In this document: in pieces, positions 57,384 to 64,000 of the stretch
Layout of the letters: each line of letters starts with the position of its first letter
Position numbering within the stretch: position 1 is the stretch's first letter
Source: Candidatus Eiseniibacteriota bacterium
GTDB lineage: Bacteria > Eisenbacteria > RBG-16-71-46 > JAFGJU01
Direction of reading: 5' to 3'
NCBI GenBank assembly: GCA_020349905.1
Contig: CP070702.1
Location: forward strand, 2,230,936-2,294,935
DNA length: 64,000 nt
Translations under genes and position numbers: made by a program
The notes under the pieces: generated by a model
Told to the model about the DNA's origin: nothing
Database searches by the model: none
The model's input: the letters and a program-made list of their open reading frames with translations, nothing else

Positions 57384-59305
57384 CTGAGTAACCAGAACGC
57401 CAGTATCGCTATCGCACCCACGACGATGGAGAGCGCGTAGTTCTGAACGCCTCCTGTTTGCAGCCGCCTGGAGACCTTGCTGGCCGTCTCGACCAGGAAG
57501 GCCGAGCCGTTCACTGCACCGTCGATGATGAGGGCGTCGACGTGGCGCCAGAGAGCCGTCGCGAACGACACCAGTGGCCTGACGAACAGAGTGTCGTAGA
57601 TCTCGTCCACGTAATACTTATTGAAAAGAATCGAGTAGAGCCGCGCGAATCTCTCCTTGAGACGCTGGGGAACATCGGGAGAGATCACGTAAAACCTGTA
57701 GGCCAGGACTATTCCGAGCACCGCGATAGAAACCGAAACCACTGCCATGCTGAGTTCGGAGACAACGAAGTGCCCCGCTCCGGCTTCGTGTGTCCCGGCC
57801 GCTACGTGGCCATTGACGTGGCGGAAGACGGGGCTCAAGAACTCCTTCACGAAGTGACGTCCGAAGAGAAGGGGTGCTCCGACCAGACCGCCTACCGCCG
57901 ACAGCACTGCCAGGCAGACGAGGGGGAGCTTTATGGAAAAAGGCGGCGCGTGAACGTGCCCCTCGTGCCTGGCCGTCCCGTGGAAGACAAGGAAGAGAAG
58001 CCTGAACATGTAGAAGGCCGTCATGAGCGCGCCCACGGCACCCAGGGCCCAGACCAGAGGGCCTCTCCTCAGAAGCGTTTCCCAGAGTATCTCGTCCTTG
58101 CTGAAGAAGCCGGCAAACGGGAACACTCCGGCTATCGCCAGGGCCGCTATCAAGAACGACCAGTACGAGACGGGGAGCTTCGAGCGAAGCCCGCCCATTT
58201 TCGTTATGTCCTGCTCGCCGGCCAGAGCGTGTATTACGGCTCCGGCCACCAGGAAGAGCAGCGCCTTGAAGAAGGCGTGCGTCATGAGATGGAATATCCC
58301 CACCGCGAAGGCCCCCACCCCACAGGCCAGGAACATGTAGCCGAGCTGGCTGATGGTGGAATATGCGAGCACCCTCTTAAGGTCGTTCTGGACCAGGCCA
58401 ATCGACGCCGCGTAGACCGCCGTGGCGAGGCCGACGATGGCTACGACTGCCAGGGCCAGGGGGGAGAGCACGAAGAGCGCGCTGCAACGGGCCACCATGT
58501 AAACGCCTGCAGTCACCATCGTGGCCGCGTGAATCAGGGCGCTCACGGGCGTGGGACCTTCCATGGCGTCCGGAAGCCACGTGTAGAGGGGAATCTGCGC
58601 GGACTTCCCGGTCGCACCCGCGAACAGAAGCAGGGCGATCCCTGTAATGAGGGTCGACCCCGAAGGAAAGAGCCTCTCGGCACCTGAGAAGACCTCACCG
58701 AACTCAAGCGTGCCGAAGGTTCTGAAAATGAGCAGGATGCCGAGGGCGAAACCGAAGTCACCGATTCTGTTCACTATGAAGGCCTTCCTGCCCGCGTCGG
58801 CAGCGGGTTTCTTCTGAAACCAGAAGCCGATGAGAAGGTACGAGCAGAGCCCCACGGCTTCCCAACCCACGTAGAGCACGAGGAAGTTCCCTCCGAGGAC
58901 GAGGGTGAGCATGGAAAACGTGAAGAGGTTAAGGTACGTGAAGTACCTTCTGTATCCAGAATCCCCGGCCATGTATCCGGTGGAATAGACGTGTATCAGG
59001 AAGGCCACGCCGGAAACCACGAGGGTCATCAGAACCGAAAGCGGGTCCAGCAGGAGCGTTCCCTCTACCTTGAAGCTTCCCGAGAGAAACCACGTAAAGA
59101 TGTGCCTCTCAAAGTGACGCTGGGCCGGCTGCATCGCCAGAAGCTCGAGGAAGCAGGCCACACTCACGACGAAGGAGAGGCCCACGACGCCGCAGGAGAG
59201 CGCGCTCACAAACCGCCGCCCGAGTCTTCCTCCCAGGAATATGTTGCCCGCGACCCCCGCCAGGGGAAGGGCCAGAATCAACCAGGCATGTTCGAGCATC
59301 GTCAC
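57380..59305 (-). CDS. nuoL: NADH-quinone oxidoreductase subunit L
   Basis: 641 aa with a long C-terminal amphipathic helix region. Conserved NuoL motifs. Confidence 0.8.
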   Translation of the reverse strand: MTMLEHAWLILALPLAGVAGNIFLGGRLGRRFVSALSCGVVGLSFVVSVACFLELLAMQPAQRHFERHIFTWFLSGSFKVEGTLLLDPLSVLMTLVVSGVAFLIHVYSTGYMAGDSGYRRYFTYLNLFTFSMLTLVLGGNFLVLYVGWEAVGLCSYLLIGFWFQKKPAADAGRKAFIVNRIGDFGFALGILLIFRTFGTLEFGEVFSGAERLFPSGSTLITGIALLLFAGATGKSAQIPLYTWLPDAMEGPTPVSALIHAATMVTAGVYMVARCSALFVLSPLALAVVAIVGLATAVYAASIGLVQNDLKRVLAYSTISQLGYMFLACGVGAFAVGIFHLMTHAFFKALLFLVAGAVIHALAGEQDITKMGGLRSKLPVSYWSFLIAALAIAGVFPFAGFFSKDEILWETLLRRGPLVWALGAVGALMTAFYMFRLLFLVFHGTARHEGHVHAPPFSIKLPLVCLAVLSAVGGLVGAPLLFGRHFVKEFLSPVFRHVNGHVAAGTHEAGAGHFVVSELSMAVVSVSIAVLGIVLAYRFYVISPDVPQRLKERFARLYSILFNKYYVDEIYDTLFVRPLVSFATALWRHVDALIIDGAVNGSAFLVETASKVSRRLQTGGVQNYALSIVVGAIAILAFWLLR

Positions 59306-59361
59306 CTCACGACGATATGTTCACGCGTGCGAAGAACCGCCTGCCTGCGGTCACTCCACAC

Positions 59362-59667
59362 CTACCACTTCATCACGTTCATCTCGTCCACGTCGGTGGT
59401 CTCGCGGGCCCTGAAGGCGATCAGCACTATGGCGAGCCCCACCGCGACCTCTGCGGCAGCCACCGTCATCACGAACAGAACGACTATTTGCCCTCCCACT
59501 GCCCCGCTCGCCCTGGAGAAAGTCACGAAGGCCAGGTTGGCAGCGTTCAGCATGAGCTCGATGGACATGAGGACCACCAGGATGTTCCTCCTGAGAAGGA
59601 CCCCCGCCACGCCCACCGCGAATATCACCGCGCTCACTGCAAGATAATGGCTCACGCCTACGGGCAT
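59362..59667 (-). CDS. nuoK: NADH-quinone oxidoreductase subunit K
   Basis: 101 aa, 3 TM, with NuoK-typical conserved Glu residues in TM2/TM3. Confidence 0.8.
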   Translation of the reverse strand: MPVGVSHYLAVSAVIFAVGVAGVLLRRNILVVLMSIELMLNAANLAFVTFSRASGAVGGQIVVLFVMTVAAAEVAVGLAIVLIAFRARETTDVDEMNVMKW

Positions 59668-59671
59668 CGGT

Positions 59672-60178
59672 TCACCTCTTCTTCGTTATCGCTATCGCCC
59701 CCACGATGGCCACAAGGAGCAGCACGGAGGCCACCTCGAATTGAAAGAGATAGCGCGTGAAGAGCTCTCGTCCTATGGACTGGACCGTCCCGAAACTTAT
59801 GCCGCTCGCCGCTATCCACGCCTCTTTGCTGAGCCACCCCACGCCCATGACCGCCACGAAAAGAGCCTCCATCAGAAGCACAATGACCAGGATCACCGCA
59901 CCCAGCTTCTGTACCGTGGACGAGTGAAGCGTGACCGTCTCCTTCTTGACGTTGAGAAGCATAAGAACAAAGACGAAAAGCACCACTATCGCTCCCGCGT
60001 ACACGATGACCTGCAGGGCCGCAATGAACTGCGCACCCAGGAGCAGGAATAGGAGCGCCACCGAAAGCAGGCACACTATGAGGAAGAGCACGCTGTGCAC
60101 AGGGTTCTTCCTGGAGACAACGAGCGCCGCAGAGGCGATGGCCACGAGCGAGCATACGAAGAACAGCAGCGCGGTCAT
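59672..60178 (-). CDS. nuoJ: NADH-quinone oxidoreductase subunit J
   Basis: Start MTALLFFVCSLVAIASAALVVS at 60178. The longer six-frame ORF is an Arg-rich artefact overlapping nuoI. Confidence 0.75.
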   Translation of the reverse strand: MTALLFFVCSLVAIASAALVVSRKNPVHSVLFLIVCLLSVALLFLLLGAQFIAALQVIVYAGAIVVLFVFVLMLLNVKKETVTLHSSTVQKLGAVILVIVLLMEALFVAVMGVGWLSKEAWIAASGISFGTVQSIGRELFTRYLFQFEVASVLLLVAIVGAIAITKKR

Positions 60179-60639
60179 GCCAGCCTCCCTTCCCTCTCCG
60201 TCAGGCGATCCCCGTTCTCGAGAAGGCGCGATTTCGTGAAGAAGAAGCTGTCGCGCTCGTAGTCGGCCATCTCGTATCTGGGCGTCATGGAAAGCGCCTC
60301 GGTCGGACACGCGTCCACGCAGTAGCCGCAGAAGATGCATCGCCCTATGTCTATCACGTATTCCCTGGCGTACCTTTCTCCCTTGGAGTAGCGTTCTCCG
60401 TCTACGTTCTCCGCCGCGTCGACCTCGATTGCGTTTGAAGGACACACCCTGGCACAGAGCCCACACCCCACGCACTTCTCGAAGCCCTCCTCATCTAGAG
60501 AGAGAGCCAGAAGCCCGCGAAACCTGGGACTCACTTCCCTCTTTCTTTCGGGATAGAAGACCGTGACGGGCTTCTTGAAGAAGTGGCTGAGCGTCAGCCG
60601 GAGTCCCCTCAGTATGGCGAGTGCAGTGTTCATTCTCAA
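60175..60639 (-). CDS. nuoI: NADH-quinone oxidoreductase subunit I (2x[4Fe-4S])
   Basis: Two CxxCxxCxxxCP motifs (CVGCGLCARVCP, CIFCGYCVDACP). Confidence 0.85.
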   Translation of the reverse strand: MRMNTALAILRGLRLTLSHFFKKPVTVFYPERKREVSPRFRGLLALSLDEEGFEKCVGCGLCARVCPSNAIEVDAAENVDGERYSKGERYAREYVIDIGRCIFCGYCVDACPTEALSMTPRYEMADYERDSFFFTKSRLLENGDRLTEREGRLA

Positions 60640-61619
60640 TCAATAAGGGCCAGAATCAGGCCGGTCACGATGATGTTTGCCAGCGAAACGGGAAGGAGCA
60701 CCTTCCACCCGAACTTCATGAGCTGATCGTATCTAAACCTGGGAAGCGTTCCCCTGACCCAGATGAAGAGGAACATGAGCGCCGCCACTTTGCCCAGGAA
60801 CCAGACCACGGGCGGGAGGAAAGGACCGTGCCATCCTCCCAGGTAGAGAGTGGTCACCATGGCAGAGACAGCGATCATGTTTCCGTACTCTCCCAGGAAA
60901 AACATCGCGAACTTCATGCTCCCGTATTCCGTGTGAAAGCCCGCCACCAGCTCGTTCTCCGCCTCGGGCAGATCGAACGGAAGCCTGTTCACCTCTGCGA
61001 AGGAGGCGATGAGGAATATGAGAAACCCCACGGGTTGAAGAATCAGAAACCAGAGCCGCGATTGGCTCGCAACAACGTCCGACAAACTCACGGAGCGGGA
61101 TATCATGAGAACGCCGATGACGGAGAAGACGAGGCAGAGCTCGTAGCTCACCATCTGGGCCGCGGAACGAAGCCCTCCCAGGATGGGATACTTGCTGTTG
61201 GAGGCCCACGCCCCCATTATGAGCCCGTAGACTCCCAGGGACGAGATGGCGAAGACGTAGAGCAGCCCTATGTTGATGTCCGCAAGCTGGAGCGCTATCC
61301 GCCGGCCGAAGAGTTGTATCTCGTTGCCGAAAGGAATCACCGCGAACGTGGCGAAGGCAGCGGCAAGGGATATTCCGGGAGCCAGGAAGAAGACGGCGCG
61401 GTCGGCCTGTGAAGGCACGACGTCCTCCTTGAAGAACAGCTTGATTCCGTCCGCGAAGGGTTGGAACAGTCCCCAGGGACCCACGCGGTTGGGTCCCACC
61501 CGCACCTGGAGGTGCGCGATCACGCGTCTTTCCATGAGCGTCGCGTAGGCAATCATGAGGAGCAACGCCAGAAGGATTACCAGGGATTTGATTACGGTAA
61601 TGAGAACGTACTCAAGCAC
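60636..61619 (-). CDS. nuoH: NADH-quinone oxidoreductase subunit H
   Basis: 327 aa, 8 TM, with conserved NuoH/ND1 motifs (RVGPNRVGPWGLFQPFADGIKLF). Confidence 0.85.
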   Translation of the reverse strand: MLEYVLITVIKSLVILLALLLMIAYATLMERRVIAHLQVRVGPNRVGPWGLFQPFADGIKLFFKEDVVPSQADRAVFFLAPGISLAAAFATFAVIPFGNEIQLFGRRIALQLADINIGLLYVFAISSLGVYGLIMGAWASNSKYPILGGLRSAAQMVSYELCLVFSVIGVLMISRSVSLSDVVASQSRLWFLILQPVGFLIFLIASFAEVNRLPFDLPEAENELVAGFHTEYGSMKFAMFFLGEYGNMIAVSAMVTTLYLGGWHGPFLPPVVWFLGKVAALMFLFIWVRGTLPRFRYDQLMKFGWKVLLPVSLANIIVTGLILALID

Positions 61620-64000
61620 CTTTCTTCCTCACTCTCACCCTGGTCACCGCCTCGCCACCCGATGTAAGACAATTGAGACGGGTGCGCGCCAGGCCCCGGG
61701 GGAGAAAGACAACACCAGGCATGAGACTCTCAGTGGCCACGGCCCTCACTTCCACACTGCCCCTGGGGGATTCTATCTCTACCAGGTCTCCCTCACGTAT
61801 TTCGAACTCCGCGGCGTCGGAGGCGGAAATCTCTGCGAAGTCTTCTTTGGGGACCAGCTCGTGCTCGGAGAACTCCCGGACCCATCCCCAGCTGGAGACA
61901 CGAAGAGCCCCGCAGATAAGAACGTAGGGGTACTCGGATCTCTCGGGCGCCCTCTCCTCGAACCTCATCTTCTTCTCGAAATCCCGAAGGGCCATCCAGG
62001 CCTCGGAGGGCTCGGCGGCGTTTCCAGTAAGTTCGACGCCGCTTCCCGCGGCCAGGGCTTTCATGTCCTCGGGAGCGCCCCATCCGTGGAGCCGGTTGGC
62101 TTCGCGGAAGACGGATGCAGCGCCCTTTACGGATAGCTTCCCGCGCATCGTGCGCCGTATGGATTCAAGCACGTCGAAGAGAAGCGACCGCTTCCCGTAC
62201 TCGCTCTCCTGTGGGGAGAGGCCACAGAGCCTTCCGTCTAAACTCAGCACGGTCCCTTCCTTCTCGAAAACACTTTGAAGAGGCAGGTAGACGTCCGCGA
62301 CTGCAGCCGTGGCGTTCAGCGTCTCACTCTGAACCACGAGGAATTCCACTTTTCTCAAAGCTTCCTTGGCCGCCTCCCTGTCGGCGTATTCGGCAATAGG
62401 GTCGCTTCCCACAATCAGAAGCGCACGCAGCTTTCCGGCCGAGGCAGCTTCCAGCATCTGAGAGAAGCTCCGACACGCCGTGCCCTCTTGCGTCCTGGAA
62501 GACTCGCCTCCCGAGGCGCGCGAAGAAGCGTCACTGCCAGAGGCCCTTTCAGCGTCGTCGCCTCCGCCAGCTTCCCCTCCGGGCGAAGTAATCAGGGCCC
62601 CTGGAAACACTCCCAGATCCAGCGCACCCCGCACGTTTCCTTCTCCCAGAAGCGAAAGCAAGACCGTTTCTCCTGCGCCCAGGGCCGCTCTGGCCGCGCA
62701 GATCCTCAGCATCGAGGAAAGCACCAGGTAGACGTGTGGGCTCTCAAAGACCTCCGCTCCCACGACGAGCCCCAGCCTCTTTGCCGAGAGAAGCTCCTCC
62801 AAGAGAGAACTCAACTCTTCCAGCTTGATTCCGGTGAGCTGGCTCGCCCTGTGCAGGGATAATTGGCCCGCCCCCTCAGCTGCTGCAGCCGAACCAGGCT
62901 GGGCGTTCTCACTCCGCGCGGCCCTCGCCGCCAGTTCCGTTGAGACGAAGGCCAGGAGCATCGCGGCGTGCACCGGCGTTGCCGGAATCCAGCCCCTTGA
63001 AAGCGGGCGGGGAGTTACACGTCTTGGTCCCACGGACGTTAGCCGGGCCCCAGAATCGGCTGCCCGGCAAACGTGCAGCCCCACGACGGGAGTCTCCTCA
63101 CACGGGTCACAGCAGAAGAGATGTATCGAGTCGCAACCTGCCAGTTGGCTGATGCGTCCCTGGACCGTACGAGCCGTCGACATCACCTCCGCTTCCTCTG
63201 CGCTCACCGCGGCTCCTGTGCGGACTCTGAAGTCCACGTTGGGAGAGCCAAGAACGTTTCGGAACACGTAGTTGACTGCGAAGAACTCTTCGTTGGTGAG
63301 AGAGGTCGAGCACAGGACTCCCACGCTGGCAGGACCGCTGTCTTTGGAAATCACTCTGAAGCGACCGGCCACCATGTCCAGAGCCACGTCCCACGGCACG
63401 TCCACTTCTCTGCTCTCTTCCCTCAAGAAAGGCTTTCTCCGCCGGGAACCGTCACGCACGTGCCCGAACCTCCCCAGGTCGCATATCCAGGGACTTAGGC
63501 CACCCTTCCGGCTCTTGATGCGGACGATGCGCCCCGAATCCAGTTCCAGTTCAGTCAGGCAGCCCACTGGGCAGAGCGGGCAAACGGACGGAATGCTCTC
63601 CAGCTCCCATACTCTGGCCTTGAACCTGAAGACCCTGTCCGTGAGTGCCCCCACCGGACAGAGTTGCGTCACGTTTCCCGAGAACGGATTTCGAAGCTCC
63701 TTGCCCAGGTAGGTGCCGATGCTGGTCTCGCGTCCCCTGTCGAAGGCGCCCACGTCGTGCGTGAGCGTCACCTCGGAGGCGAAGCGCACGCATCGGGTGC
63801 AGTGAATGCACCTGTTCATGTCTCTCACGACGAACGGGCCGATGTCCTCCTTCGAGAACGTCCTCTTCGGGAAGGCGAACCTGCCCTTCCCCCTGCCGTA
63901 GGCGAACACGTAGTCCTGAAGCTTGCACTCTCCACCCTTGTCGCACACCGGACAGTCCAGGGGGTGGTTTATGGTCATGAGCTCCAGCACGCCTCTTCGC
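61612..64000 (-). CDS. nuoG: NADH-quinone oxidoreductase subunit G (5'-partial; N-terminal 2Fe-2S domain lies beyond window end)
   Basis: INHPLDCPVCDKGGECKLQD and CIHCTRCVRF cluster motifs. Molybdopterin-like C-terminal domain. No stop between 63990 and the window edge. Confidence 0.8.
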   Translation of the reverse strand, partial: RRGVLELMTINHPLDCPVCDKGGECKLQDYVFAYGRGKGRFAFPKRTFSKEDIGPFVVRDMNRCIHCTRCVRFASEVTLTHDVGAFDRGRETSIGTYLGKELRNPFSGNVTQLCPVGALTDRVFRFKARVWELESIPSVCPLCPVGCLTELELDSGRIVRIKSRKGGLSPWICDLGRFGHVRDGSRRRKPFLREESREVDVPWDVALDMVAGRFRVISKDSGPASVGVLCSTSLTNEEFFAVNYVFRNVLGSPNVDFRVRTGAAVSAEEAEVMSTARTVQGRISQLAGCDSIHLFCCDPCEETPVVGLHVCRAADSGARLTSVGPRRVTPRPLSRGWIPATPVHAAMLLAFVSTELAARAARSENAQPGSAAAAEGAGQLSLHRASQLTGIKLEELSSLLEELLSAKRLGLVVGAEVFESPHVYLVLSSMLRICAARAALGAGETVLLSLLGEGNVRGALDLGVFPGALITSPGGEAGGGDDAERASGSDASSRASGGESSRTQEGTACRSFSQMLEAASAGKLRALLIVGSDPIAEYADREAAKEALRKVEFLVVQSETLNATAAVADVYLPLQSVFEKEGTVLSLDGRLCGLSPQESEYGKRSLLFDVLESIRRTMRGKLSVKGAASVFREANRLHGWGAPEDMKALAAGSGVELTGNAAEPSEAWMALRDFEKKMRFEERAPERSEYPYVLICGALRVSSWGWVREFSEHELVPKEDFAEISASDAAEFEIREGDLVEIESPRGSVEVRAVATESLMPGVVFLPRGLARTRLNCLTSGGEAVTRVRVRKKGA

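Noticed and set aside
60179-60475. 99-aa N-terminal extension of the nuoJ ORF
   Set aside because: Arg-rich, and it overlaps nuoI in another frame. The canonical NuoJ start MTALLFF is at 60178.
61612-63990. Numerous antisense ORFs of 60-260 aa inside nuoG, nuoL, nuoM, the kinase and the cytochrome
   Set aside because: They overlap well-supported genes and are Arg/Gly/Pro-rich. This is the expected GC3-driven open-frame artefact of high-GC DNA.
1-64000. Alternative genetic code (TGA or TAG reassigned genome-wide)
   Set aside because: All other genes terminate normally with TGA, TAG and TAA. No other in-frame stop codons disrupt conserved proteins, so the two events look like local recoding or mutation.

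Overview
This is a 64 kb window of high-GC bacterial chromosome that is almost entirely coding. T9SS-type C-terminal sorting domains (NYPNPFNPLT...KKMVLLK) on three secreted proteins point to an FCB-group-like or candidate-phylum organism. On the minus strand, left to right: the trigger-factor N-terminus, tRNA-Leu(UAG), a TPR-thioredoxin (TlpA-like) selenoprotein read through an in-frame UGA at the CxxC position with a SECIS-like hairpin, an MFS transporter, a PEGA/BNR lipoprotein, an enoyl-CoA hydratase interrupted by one in-frame TAG at a conserved Lys codon, an Mth938-domain protein, endonuclease Q, and two large T9SS-sorted repeat proteins. Next come a Ser/Thr kinase, an overlapping serine hydrolase and B12-binding radical-SAM pair, an RND pump plus TolC-like channel with no periplasmic adaptor, a PagL-like outer-membrane protein, and a fused MFS/spermidine-synthase. 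From 25.3 to 35.7 kb lies the most unusual region. A repeat-containing divergent promoter is followed by a secreted six-heme c-type cytochrome with a T9SS sorting domain. A second near-identical strong sigma70-type promoter then drives an uncharacterised operon: a secreted Cys-rich 'TCD'-repeat protein, two translationally coupled paralogous about 800-870 aa polytopic membrane proteins with duplicated GldG/GATase1-like extracytoplasmic domains, a 35-bp tandem repeat array, and a secreted unknown protein. The remainder holds a PmbA/TldD pair (TldD with a Tat signal), GT2 and GT39/ArnT-like lipid-linked glycosylation genes, an amidohydrolase, etfBA (EtfA with an N-terminal ferredoxin domain), metK with a PLP-dependent Met/Cys enzyme behind a long structured leader, GT39, a D-2-hydroxyacid dehydrogenase, a small Cys-rich protein, an Ig-like lipoprotein, a GT4 enzyme and the distal half of the complex I operon (nuoG-N; nuoG is cut by the window end). 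No CRISPR array, rRNA or obvious mobile element was seen.
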